Shown: positions 51,905 through 64,000 of the stretch, piece after piece
Numbering within the stretch: position 1 is the first letter of the stretch
How the letters are laid out: each line of letters starts with the position of its first letter
DNA from: Octopus sinensis
Taxonomy: Eukaryota
Direction: 5' to 3'
Length of the DNA: 64,000 nucleotides
Assembly: GCF_006345805.1 (NCBI RefSeq)
Contig: NC_043003.1
Coordinates: 61,256,001 to 61,320,000, forward strand
Notes under the pieces: model-generated
Databases searched by the model: none
The model's input: only the letters and a program-made list of their open reading frames with translations
Told to the model about the DNA's origin: nothing
Translations under genes and position numbers: made by a program

Positions 51905-52954
51905 GGTAAAATACAAACCGAAATAACCATTAACTAGTTGCATAACCATCAATATGAGAAGCATGAGATCGCAGTCAAATGAGTATATATATATATATAT
52001 ATAATATATATATATAATATATATATAATATATAATATATAATATAATATATATAATAATATTATATATATAATACTAGCTTAAGGTGACCCGCTCTACG
52101 CGCGGGTAAGAGTTTGGTTCTTACTTTCTGTTTTTATCACCACATTCTCCCTCTTTGTTTCTCTCTCTCTTTTCTCTCTCACTTTCCCACTCTCTTACTC
52201 TTCCTTTCTCTCGGACTCTCCCTCGCTTTCTCTTACTCTCTATCTTTCTCTATCTCTCTCCCATTTATAAACAACAAAAGATCTTGAGTAAGTTGAGAAA
52301 GTAAAATATTTTGAAAGATCAATCATAAATATCAGATAGTGACAACGGAAAGGTCTGCTTCAAGGCAGACAGCAAAACACTAACATTTAAAGGGGACAGA
52401 CGAACTTGCGAGCTGAATAAAAATAATAAAATATTGGAAACCAAAGTTTGAAGGGATAGAATGTGAGGATAGTAGAGTCACCATGGCTGGCATTTCTTAA
52501 CGACGGACAGCAACGTAGTGGCAGTTTAACGGCTGGCGTAAAATTTTTAACTTGTAAAAGAAAATTCCTAAACACCAAGTTTTGAAGTGATTCTTTCTCA
52601 CAACAGTAGACTCACCATGGCAAGCATTCAAAACTTCTTCATCATGGACGACAACACATTAACGATTTAAAGGCTAGCGCAAATTTTTTAGCTTGATGTA
52701 ACAGAGAATTCCTAAACACCCGCTCCTGTAAATTTTAATCACCTTCCAGCCCCATTTAGATCCCTTTTCACATTTTGGTTAATATAACCCGATTTCATTC
52801 GGGTCTACTCGGGCCACATTTTATAAGATAAGGAATTTTGTCCTAGAGGTCACGCCTTTCATTTGAGGAAAAAAATAGTTGTCATGCAAACTTGCCAGCA
52901 CTTTTAACATAGGTGTGCATATTTTCAGCACAACCGACCACATAATGCACACAT

Positions 52955-53000
<46 letters not shown>

Positions 53001-53050
53001 GGGTGTGTGTGTGTGTGTGTGTGGTGTGCGTGTGTGTGTGTGTGTGTGTG
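49600..53050. repeat. ~1.71-kb tandem duplication with junctions in (TG)n
   Basis: Landmarks recur at a ~1.7-kb offset (ACTAGCTTAAGG at 50366 and 52075). The copies are near-identical apart from microsatellite lengths and single-base indels. Confidence 0.9.
50366..51240 (+). mobile_element. HINE/Helentron-type element (duplicated at 52075-52950)
   Basis: 5' ACTAG + hairpin ACCCGC(TCTAC)GCGCGGGT. A matching-type 3' end (TTTTATAAATAGAGAT) lies at ~54072-54088. Confidence 0.55.
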
Positions 53051-54125
53051 TGTATGTACGCATCATATATACAAATGTATACAAATTATATATATATATA
53101 AATTAAATTAGAGATAAAACCACTATTAGGTAAATTAAACAGTGAAAAACATAACCCAAAACATAAAAATAAAAATATAATGTACAAAATATATAAAATA
53201 TAAAATTTAAAAATTTAAATTATTTAAATTTAAAATTAAAATTATTAATTTATATTTATAATTTTTTTAAAAATATATATAACTATCAAAAAGTATTAAA
53301 AAGTTTAATATACATAAATACAGATATATACACTTTGTATATATACATTATATATATATATTTATATATAGAACACACACACACACACACACATATATAA
53401 ATGAACCCAATAAATATCTGATTCATAATATTTGTTCTCATGATTGTGTGGTGGTGGTGGCGATGATAATGTATATGAAAAAATTTAAGGCGATGTTGAA
53501 TCATCGTTTAACATTGATTATGAAATGAAAACCTATGAATGAAGGCAGTCAAGTCATAGCTGTTTCATACTTTATTCGTATATATTGCCAAACGAACAAT
53601 ACCGTCCTTTTATATTAAGGTGGAGAGATGTGATATGAGGGGTATTGGGTTGCTATTTCTAGCAGGTCCTGTGACCACAGATTTACTCATTAACCCGTCT
53701 GTTACCCTCTTCCCTCCCTCCTTTTCTCTCTTCCTCTCTCTTCCCTCATGAATGAAGACAGACGTTGAGAGAGGGAGAGTGTGTGAAAGCGCTGTTAGAC
53801 GCGGTTATCGACGTTATATATAGAAAGTGATGGGAAGGGAGAAAAGATAGTGAGTGAGGGAGCAAGACAGATACATAAAAGAATGAGAGTAGAGTTGTCA
53901 AAGTGCGTTTTTGGCCCTAGCAACGACACCTTTTAAGATAAGGATTTTTAACCTAGCCCACTAACATCCTCACCTCATTTTAAATGTCCCTGTAAATTTT
54001 GGAGTCAATCCGACGGGGTGTAGTGGCCTTTAAACCGTTCCAGACAAACAAACAAACTTTTCGCATTTCAGTTTTATAAATAGAGATAATATATAATATA
54101 TAATATATATATATAATATTATATA

Positions 54126-54179
<54 letters not shown>

Positions 54180-54253
54180 ATATAATATAATATAAATTAA
54201 ATGTATGTAATACATATCAAAAATATGCACAGATACAAATGTCTGTGTATATA

Positions 54254-54327
<74 letters not shown>

Positions 54328-54369
54328 TATGTGTGTGTGTGCGTGTGTGTGTGTGCGTGTGTGTCTGTG

Positions 54370-54570
54370 TGTATAGTTCAAATTTATAGAAAATCAAAGA
54401 CGAAGACAGGTGTAGGAACAACAAGCATGTGTATTAGTTGATGCTCGGGAAAAATGGAAAAGTCTTTTACGTTTCGAGCCTATACTTTTCGACAGAAAGG
54501 AATAAGAGGAAATAAATAGGGAGAGAATGAAAACCCCGCGTTGAGTTCAGTGGTCCAACATGGCAAATGA
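54370..54570 (-). mobile_element. Short PLE pLTR (solo)
   Basis: Homologous to 49406-49590. Confidence 0.6.
54464..54499 (-). ncRNA. Minimal hammerhead motif, second copy
   Basis: CUUU-CUGUCGAA-AAGU(AUAG)GCUC-GAAACGUA/AAAG; stem II is weakened by substitutions. Confidence 0.4.
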
Positions 54571-55769
54571 TTGGAAAAAAAGTTTTGAAGAGTAACATAC
54601 GTAATACATACCTACATACATACATACATACATTATGCGTAAACGTGCGTACTGTACATACTAATATATATACATACATATCTATAATACATTAAAAATG
54701 GAGTTCAATCTTGCTTGCTTGCACATAATGGGAAAATACTTTGAGAGTAAAGTGAATACGAACGGAATATAATAGGTTTCGCGTAAATTGGATCAGTAGT
54801 TATTGAGATATTCGGGGTTTGGCTGAATAAGTACCCAAAACGGTGCAAAATGGGTAAATACTCCGAAAATAACTTAACCCTGAAAGGGAAGAAACTCTGA
54901 CCTTTCCATTAGACACATTATGATGAGCAAAATATTTTAAAGTGAAAATTACTTTAAAACTACGGTAACTATTTCGTGAAAAGACCTGTTCGTAACCTCG
55001 GTATGAAATGGCTTTTTTTTTTCCATAGATTTCTTTCGAGTGTATTCAACGTATCTCACCTCCAAAGATTTGGCTGCTATTTCAAGTACGCCCTGCTACC
55101 ACGTAACAGCTCTTTGTGATAAAGGACCCGAAATATCTGTTACACGGTAGCAGGGCATGCTAGAAATAGCAGCCAAATCTTTCCTTTTCTGGGGAAAGGA
55201 GACATTTAAGCGTGATTTCGATGTCACATTTGTTGGAAGCATGCGAAATAACATAGAACGAAAAAAAAACCCACAAAACAAAACTCCGTTGCTGGGAAGC
55301 TCAGACTTCCCAGGTCTTGTATCATATATAAGTACAGGGTTCCCTATGATTCTGTGTTTCGAAACGTGAAGAGAGACATGGAGACAGCCACATTCAAGCA
55401 AGTAGATTCACTAACTAATACACACACACATACGCACGCACATACCCACACACACGTACACGCACACACAAATTGTATTAAAGAGCATACTTTAAACTTT
55501 TTAATCAGATGACAACAAAACCATTGATTTCCTTTCTCCTATAACACTTGTTTACTTAAAACACGCACTAAAATTTATTTAATCATTTTTATCTGCAAAT
55601 TTTTCGGTAGAACGTGATTCTTTTTCTCTGTGTGTATGCGTGCGCGTAAACTCTGTGAAAGCAAACACTAATATGTATGCTGGCCGTTACCCGCAAACGA
55701 ATATGGCTTAGTAACATGTATCATGCTTTCGATAATTGTTTTAGATGCCAATGCAATCATGGGTACACA

Positions 55770-55782
55770 CAAACATACATAA

Positions 55783-55818
<36 letters not shown>

Positions 55819-55847
55819 GTACATACATACATACATACATACATACA

Positions 55848-55881
<34 letters not shown>

Positions 55882-56177
55882 CATACATACATATATACAT
55901 ATATACATATATACATACGTGCATGCATACAAGCATGCAAACACATACAAGCATACATGCATACACATACATACATACATACATACATTACATACATTAC
56001 ATACATACATACTACATACATACATATATACATACATACATATATACATATATACATATATACATACGTGCATGCATACAAGCATGCAAACACATACAAG
56101 CATACATGCATACACATACATACATACATACATACATACATACATACATACATACATACATACATACATACATACAT
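55770..56177. repeat. (CATA)n tract with an internal ~155-bp duplication
   Basis: The block ...catacgtgcatgcatacaagcatgcaaacacatacaagcatacatgc... occurs at ~55915 and ~56063. Confidence 0.9.
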
Positions 56178-56360
56178 TCATACAAGTTTAGGTTTGTACC
56201 TGTAATTATTGGAGCACTGGGATATGTAACACACTGCTAAAATACCAATCTTGAGAAATTGAGTTTCTCAAAACCAGAAAGCAGAAAGCTGGTTCGAAGT
56301 CTACACATCCAATCCATTACTAGAATTGTAAAAATCCAGAAGTTTATTATTTAAGTATAT
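56178..56360 (+). mobile_element. 3' fragment of an RLE-type non-LTR element
   Basis: YKFRFVPVIIGALGYV...LEKLSF...; the VPVIIGALG motif is typical of the REL endonuclease C-terminus. Abuts (CATA)n. Confidence 0.6.
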
Positions 56361-56560
56361 ATGAACATGTCTAGGTATGCAAGTATTTGCACGAAAATAC
56401 ATACATAAAACAAAACATGCGAATCTGCATGTATACATATATACATACATTCAAAAATACCCTGTTGATGTTGTTGACATTCCAATGTAGGAGCCTTGAA
56501 TCTAGGTTAGAAATCGGCACTTTCTCTATCTTGAAATAAAACTAAATAATGACGTAAGTA

Positions 56561-57759
56561 CACAGACATGACAGAAGTAAGTAGACAGTCCATAAACATC
56601 GTTTTATGTTTGTTCTAACTTGTAAAGTTTTATATCTTTTATTAATTGACATTTTTATGTTTCGGGTTCTATATGTGACTGTTTAATCATGCCATGTACA
56701 AAAGAAGCCTTGGAACTGTCTGGATTTCAAAGAGGCCGTATTGTGGGTTATTCTGAAGGTGAACTAAGCGTAAAATTACGGAAAACCTTGGGATCCCACT
56801 TTCTATTATTAAGTGCACTTCACCAGAAAGGGAAAGGAGGTCACATCACCTCGCCCAAATTGACCTGGTCCTTCTGACAGGATCCTTCTCTTTGTTAAGA
56901 GAAGTGTGGAGCATAATCTTCGTTGCAAGGCCTCTGATATAGTAGAACAAGTTGGTATCAGTCCCAGAATAGCTGTCAGGTATCTCCATAAACCTTGTTA
57001 CTAAGGCAAAGCAGCAAGAAGAAAGCCACTTCTTTGACCAGCCAATACCAAGCGGAGAAAAGATTGGGCCAGTGAAGAGGCCACTAGCAATTTGATGTAG
57101 TTTTATTCTCCAATGAGTTCAGATTTGCTGTATTTTCTGACAATGGTCGAGTGTGGATCTGGAGACTCAGTGATCGAGAATTTGATGTGAAAAGATTTCT
57201 GTCAACAATAAAACATGGCTGCTATTCTGTGATGGTCTGGGGAGAAATTTGCAGCATTGTTCAGTCAGAGCTGATGGAGTGTGAAGAAAACTCAGATAAA
57301 TGTGTCCATATTGCAGATAGGACTCCCTCTAATCTTATCAAGTGGTGAAATGAATAAAGAAGACTCTTTATTTATGTCACACGGCTAAAATGACCCAAGA
57401 TTTGTTGGAAGCGAATGACATTAAAAAGCTTCCATGGCCAAGCCAATCACCAGATATTGAACAAGTTCAGGGACATAATGTAGAGGACAATTCATAAAAA
57501 GACCAAGAAAGCATCTTCAAAGCCAAATCTTTTGAGATTACTGCATGAAACATGGCACAAAAATTCCCCAAGAGAATATTCGTCATCTGATCATTAACAT
57601 GCCTAATAGGGTCCTTGTATTTTTCAATGCAAGGAGCATGTCTCCTAAATATTGAATATTTACATCATAACAATTAATGAATAATTTAAATTTATAATTT
57701 CAAATTTAAATAAATTTGAATGGTTCTACAGGTGTCTATTGACTTCTGTCATGTCCGTG
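56561..57759 (+). mobile_element. Tc1-family DNA transposon with both TIRs, decayed transposase
   Basis: 27-bp TIRs CACAGACATGACAGAAGTAAGTAGACA / TGTCTATTGACTTCTGTCATGTCCGTG. Motifs ELSGFQRGRIVG, TIKHGCYSVMVWG and W(P)SQSPD. Confidence 0.9.
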
Positions 57760-58391
57760 ACCATACATACACACACACATACATACATACATACATACAT
57801 ACATACATACATACATACATACATACATACATACATACATGCATACAAGACGAGCTACCGCTGTTTCCTTCAACAAGTTTTCCTTTTGAAGTTATTGCAG
57901 ACGACACTTGCCATAGATACTACGCAGTGAAACCGAATCCATAACTACGTAATTTGAAAGTGAACTTCTAAATCACAAAGGTATACACACATGGATGTGC
58001 TTGTGTATATATACGTACGTACGGACGGACGGACGGACGGATGTATTAATGGATGGATGGATGGATGAATGGATGGATGGAAGGAAGAAGGAAGGAAGGA
58101 AGGAAGGAAGGAGGATGTGTGCTTCGTGATTTATTTAACTTCGTTTATAATCTAGCTATATATTTGTTTTTAATCTTATTTTGTGTGACTCATGAATTAT
58201 TTTATTGAAAGCTGAGTCACTTTTCCAAACATCCTGTATAATCAATCCATGATCCAAAACTATTCTAAAGCAATTTGTCAAATATTTAAATACTATAGGA
58301 TTTTCATAATCCACTTATCTATAAAAATTGATTTCCTTTTTTCTTTACCTGAGGAAATTTGATTTCGCTATCATACCATTACACTGAAGTA

Positions 58392-58600
58392 AGGGCGCGT
58401 GGGATGGTGATTAGGGTGATACACTCGGGATCGTATGATGTTAGTTTCGATTCCCAGACTGGGCAGTGTATTATGTTCATGAGCAGTGCTTCACTTCACG
58501 TTGCTTCAGTCCAGTCAGTTATAACTGAGAAACCCTGAGGCAGACTGGCGTCCCTTTAAGGGGATTTGTATCAACTGGAGCCCTCATTCATCGCAACTGA
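58392..58600 (+). mobile_element. SINE family C
   Basis: Related to 1582-1800. Confidence 0.5.
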
Positions 58601-58642
58601 CGGAGAGCCAGTGCGGGTGTATGTGCTATGAAACAGACTAAC

Positions 58643-58893
58643 CATTACTGTTGCTGTTGTTCTCGGGTTGTTTTGGTTGTTTAGCTTCTATCTCTAACCT
58701 AACAAAGTTATAATCAATGGCATACAAGACATTCCTTCTTTGACCGAGACAAACCAAATCAAAAACTAGGTTAGACAATGTGTTCTTCTTTTCTAAGACA
58801 GCAGCTTGTGATTTGAGGGAGATTTGGTTGCTATTTCCAGCAGACCGAGCGACTATTTCAGGTTTTCTCAATGACTCATGTACCAATATAAAT
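58643..58893 (-). CDS. Possible upstream coding exon of the same minus-strand gene
   Basis: 83 open codons (FILVHESLRKPEIVARS...LVFDLVCLGQRRNVLYAIDYNFVRLEIEAKQPKQPENNSNSN). Donor AATG|gttagt is phase 1, compatible with the acceptor at 20525. The acceptor actag| is weak. Confidence 0.4.
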
Positions 58894-59369
58894 CTAGTCT
58901 CACTTAAGTTCACTTTGCAATCACGTGGTTTCAGGTTCAGTCCAACTGTGCAGCATCTTGAGGAAACGATTTCTACGACAGTCCCGGGTCGACTAATGCC
59001 TTGTGAGTGAGTTTAGTAAACGGAAACTGTATTGACGCCAGTCGCATAATTACGTATGCGCGTTTGTGTTTATCCTTACCATCGCTCGATAACCAGTGTT
59101 CGATTGTTAACGTCCCCGTACGCTAGCGCATCGACAAAAGAAATTGAAGGAATAAGTACCAGACTAAAAAAATAACATTAAGGTCAATCTTTTCGACTAA
59201 AACCCTTTAAGGTGGTGTCACATCATGGCCGAAGTCCAGTTACTGAAACAAGTAAAAAAAAGCAACAAAAGATATATGTGTGTGTGTATTCATACATACA
59301 TACATACATCCCTACTCCATCCCCAACTGTTGCTTATGCGCTGTAATAATCACCAACGAAGATTCTAAG

Positions 59370-59506
59370 TAGCTTGCTTACCAACCACATGGTTCCGGGT
59401 TCAGTCCCACTGCGTGACGCCTTGGGCAAGCGTCTTCTACTATAGCCTCGGGCCGACCAAAGCCTTGTGAGTGGATTTGGTAGACGGAAACTGAAAGAAG
59501 CCCGTC

Positions 59507-59586
<80 letters not shown>

Positions 59587-59790
59587 ATATGTTTGTGTGT
59601 CTGTGTTTGTCCCCCAGCATCGCTTGACAACCGATGCTGGTGTGTTTACGTCCCCGTCACTTAGCGGTTCGGCAAGAGAGACCGATAGAATAAGTACTAG
59701 GCTTACAAAGTATAAGTCCTGGGGTCGATTTGCTCGACTAAAGGCGGTGCTCCAGCATGGCCACAGTCAAATGATTGAAACAAGTAAAAA
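59370..59790 (+). mobile_element. SINE family A
   Basis: Near-consensus copy with an expanded internal (TA)n. Confidence 0.9.
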
Positions 59791-59869
59791 AAAGTTACGC
59801 AACGGTTTAAGACTTAAAGGGTGTTGAATATTTATTAGCGTAAAGCATAAGTATGGAATGTAAATACAC

Positions 59870-59940
59870 ACATACACATATATACATACACATATATATA
59901 TATATAATATATAATATATATATATATATATATTATAATA

Positions 59941-60013
<73 letters not shown>

Positions 60014-60234
60014 TACATATATATATACATATATATATACATATATATATATATACATAATATATACATATATATATACATATATATATATACATATATA
60101 TATAATATATACATATATATATACATATATATACATATATACATATATATATATACATATATATATACATATATATACATATATATATATACATATATAT
60201 ATATACATATATATATAATATATATATATACATA

Positions 60235-60280
<46 letters not shown>
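59870..60280. repeat. (TA)n/(TACA)n microsatellite
   Basis: Directly visible. Confidence 0.95.
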
Positions 60281-60286
<6 letters not shown>

Positions 60287-60376
60287 AAAATAAAAATTAA
60301 CTATTAATTTTTACCAGTGCCCAGCGTGAGTAAAAATTTCCGTAGACTGCAAATATTATTATATTATATGTGTGTG

Positions 60377-60962
60377 TATGTGTGTATAAAAATTATACAC
60401 GATGAGAAAAGCCACTAAGTAGTTTTCCAACACGCTAGAAGTAGGAGATAAATCCCAAACCACAAAAGAACTAATTCTTATTTTAGCACGTTGAATGTCG
60501 GCGAGCAGGACAATTTGAGAATATTCAAACATGCTTAGTCATTCCCGTACTTCTGAGATTCGCCCTTAATGATTAAGTACATTAATTAATTAATCAATTA
60601 ATCAATGCATTAAACCATCAACGAGAATTGCTATGGACATATAATTATAAAACTCAATACATACCGCATCGGACAAGGTACACTGCATATTGAGTCTACA
60701 TCAATGATGAGCCATAGATGGTTTAATGCATTGACTGATTGATTAATTAATTAATTAGTATACTTAATCGCAGAGGACGATACATCGAAGTATGGGAATG
60801 ACTAAACATTTTTTAATTTTCTCAAATTGTCCTGCCCGTTTACATTCAACGCGCTAAAATAAGAATTAGTTTTTGCGTGGTTTGGGATTTATCTCCTATT
60901 TCTAGCGTGTTGGAAAACCACTTAGTGGCTTTTCCCTTCGTGTATATTTTTTATACACACAT
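60377..60962. mobile_element. Foldback element/MITE with ~245-bp imperfect inverted arms
   Basis: 60377-60620 is the reverse complement of 60717-60962 (e.g. gaaaagccactaagt.gttttccaacacgctagaa / ttctagcgtgttggaaaaccacttagtggcttttc). Confidence 0.85.
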
Positions 60963-61945
60963 ATTATATATATATATATATATAATATATATATATATAT
61001 TACATATATATACATGGTTCTCTCAGGTTTTAGATGAATCAGTTTAACAATATTTTCGCTGTTAATGCAATAAAGCTAGCATATGGAATTACTTTCGAAT
61101 TGTAAGCTTTAATGCTTTTATCGTATTTTTTTTATCATTTACGTGCTATCCTAACTAAATCTTGGGAGACACAGGATACGCATAACTTCGAAGCGCTGAC
61201 TCAATAATTCTATCTGTAAATTATTTATTGCCGGTAACAGCCGCTCCGAGTTTGATTGGTTTAAATGGCGAGATAGTGACAAAAGCGATTTCAGAATAAT
61301 AGTGACATTCATTTGTTCAGCTTAGCTGCAATTGTTTGGTAACAGCAGTGCAGATGAGGTAATGTTACTGGAATTTTGTTAGTTGACTACTGAATGTCAA
61401 TATAAGCGAAGTTTTAAATTTTTCTTTTGTGCCTCGTTTGATCACAGCAAATCCATTTTAATCGCTGTAAATTCAATAGACATTAGGTGCGAGCAACAGT
61501 TTAACAATACATGCCATTTGTGCAAACATTATACGCAGATAAAAGCTATGTTATTGTAGAGTCTGACTTGAAAATGTGAGTAAAAGAGAGTCTGACTTGA
61601 ATATGTGCCTATTATACAAACAATTGGTAAATCTAACATTTAAAAGCATGGGAAATAAAGGAGGAAATTACAATGTAGTTAAGCTATAACAATGTCGCCA
61701 AATAACAATGTCGTTTGCTTTTTTGTATGCGGATTTTTATGGGTTACTAAATACCATATAAAATCCCTTATAATTAATACCATGGGTATTTGCAATATTT
61801 TCACTAATATGCAGTTATCATCACATTTTTGTCTTGTATGTGTATATACGTTCTGACAAGCAGTTTGCTAAAACATAATTGAAACATCCCGCAAATCAAT
61901 TCAAAGTTGAACATCGTACTTGTTTGTCAGAGAACATATTCTTCT

Positions 61946-62123
61946 CTAGTCTAGGCACAAGGCCCGAAATTTGGGAGAGGGGGTCAGTCCATTAGATCGA
62001 CCTCAGTACGCAACTGGTACTTAATTTATCGACCTCGAAAGGATGAAAGGCAAAGTCGACCTCGGCGGAATTTGAACTCAGAACGTAGCGGCAGACGAAA
62101 TACCGCTAAGCATTTCGTCCGGT
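61946..62123 (-). mobile_element. SINE family B
   Basis: Matches 12432-12641. Confidence 0.85.
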
Positions 62124-63722
62124 GTGATTTCAAACGACCTTCTTAACCACACAACTGTGGCTGGGTCCAATGATTTAAATGAAATAGGAGATGATAATTA
62201 AAAAAACTAATAAACAACTGATGGCGATAAAATACAGTAGGTGAGAGCCTCATGTATTTTGATTAATTCAGGAGATTGCCAGATCTTAGCTATTATCTAT
62301 ATCATTGATATCAAAGCTGTGATGGCTGGGATATTTCATAACGCTGTTAGCAAACAATATCATACTTGAAATATTTTCTATCATATTTAGCAAATGTATG
62401 AAATCTGTTTAAGCGTTGTGTTCCTGGGAGGCTGTAATCTTCAAAGGTATTGAAGAGACACGTTTGCAATATCATTAGTAAATCTTATAGGATAAATTAG
62501 ACAAAATATTATTGCTCAGGCCGAATCTAATTCAGTATGAGTCTCCATTGCACTACAAAACAATTATAATATGACTGCTAAGCTACAATCAACACAGTGC
62601 CTCAAGTAACAAGTGTCTGTTGAAAACGTCTCGAGTGTTGAGTGGACAGTAATTACCGGCGGACGCAGGCAATAATTACTTTGCATGAATACATGTACAC
62701 AATCAAAAGACAGAATCGAAATCGCACACGCACATGCAGACATACACACACACAAACTGACATATGCTCACCCACACACACACACACATACACACATATA
62801 TAAAACAGATACACTCTCTCTCTCACATACAACACACACACCACACACACACACACAGACAATCGCGCGCGCATGCACACACACGCACATGCACACACTC
62901 TGCATAAAGCTTTGGAGAATATACTTGGTGGCTGTTTTTCGACAATTCTGGTGCCAATCTCTATTAGCTATTGTCTTCCTTGGAGCTGAGAGGAGAGGCT
63001 TGGTGCAGGGGAAAATTCCAGCCTTCCACAAAGCATTACCCTGACGTACTCCTTAGAGTGTTGCATTTCAAATGCAAGAAGTCCTGTTTGACAGACGCCT
63101 TCACGAAGAATAAGTTTCGTTACTCAGAAATTACTGTCATTTTTCTAATTTCACTACAGTTTGTTGCGGAGAAAGAACTCTCGCTTAAGCCAAGAAGCAG
63201 TTAAAGCAACATAGCTCAGAGCACTTTCTATTGAACGTATCGATGCATTTCGAGCTCTGAATGCCTCCATCAGAGGGTGCTTTCAGCTGACTATGGTGTT
63301 TTCACACCATTTTGTCTTCAGTGAGAGACACAACAGCTTCCTTTATTCCTCTCCTAAAATATCAGTTGCGCTCCACGGAAGTCGTTCAATGCTTTGTGAT
63401 TTCAAGCACCAAGTGAAGCCAATTCTGCTCACGTATTTTCCATACGGAAAATAAATTAACTTCACATCAATCTTCTCTTTTTCCTTCTAAAATATCAGAT
63501 GTTGGTATTTTGTCAAAATACTACATTATGAGTTGCTTTTAAATAAAAAAAATATATAATATAAAGTATTTGTTTTAAGTACAATCTCACTTATGATCTA
63601 TGTATGATATCTATTAACGAAAACATATAACGAACACAATTCAATAAAATTCGTAAAAGTCCAAATATATCGAGACATTCAAATCTTTAAGCAATTATTT
63701 TTTTGCATAAAGGAAGCCAGAA

Positions 63723-63943
63723 AATTGTTAATATTTTCTCTCTTTTCAGTCATTTGACTGCGGCCATGCTGGAGCACCGCCTTTAGTCGAGCAAATAGAC
63801 CCTGGGACTTATCCTTTGTAAGCCTAGTACATATTCTATCGGCCCCTTTTGCTGAACCGCTATGTTACGGGGACGTAAACACACCACCATCGGTTGTCAA
63901 GCGATGTCGGGGGCCAAACACAGACACACAAACATATACACAC

Positions 63944-63960
<17 letters not shown>
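63723..63960 (-). mobile_element. SINE family A, 3' half
   Basis: Matches 4595-4800. Confidence 0.85.
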
Positions 63961-63998
<38 letters not shown>

Positions 63999-64000
63999 AT

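Noticed and set aside
63040-63083. 44-nt minus-strand mini-exon (DFLHLKCNTLRSTS) with a phase-2 donor compatible with 58893
   Set aside because: Too short; such a phase match is expected by chance.
63242-63273. Minus-strand CUGAUGG...GCUC-GAAAUGCAUC motif
   Set aside because: A9 is substituted and no stem I is possible; at most a dead remnant.

Overview
AT-rich (visibly well over half A+T), repeat-saturated eukaryotic DNA. The SINE families and microsatellite landscape look like an octopod cephalopod genome, but this is inferred from recall and was not searched. There are no rRNA genes, real tRNA genes or CRISPR arrays, and most ORFs in the supplied track are translations of microsatellites. 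(1) One probable protein-coding gene lies on the minus strand. It has phase-compatible GT-AG exons at 20525-20372, 8528-8167 and 2611-2457 (terminal), and possibly 58893-58643. I do not recognise the product. (2) Many Penelope-like element (PLE) pseudo-LTR remnants sit beside (TA)n tracts and carry hammerhead-ribozyme (HHR) motifs of several architectures. These include an apparently intact type I HHR with a CCGAUGA core and a 54-nt loop II insertion (236-334), minimal HHRs with palindromic stem III, and two motifs in permuted (type II-like) order. (3) DNA transposon remnants include two Tc1, two mariner, a mariner MITE, an Academ-like transposase, two ~590-bp foldback elements and Helitron/HINE-like elements. 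(4) Non-LTR remnants include RTE, RTE-X and R4/Dong-type elements embedded in (TAA)n or (CATA)n repeats. (5) There are dozens of tRNA-derived SINEs and a ~1.7-kb tandem duplication. SINE and remnant boundaries are approximate.
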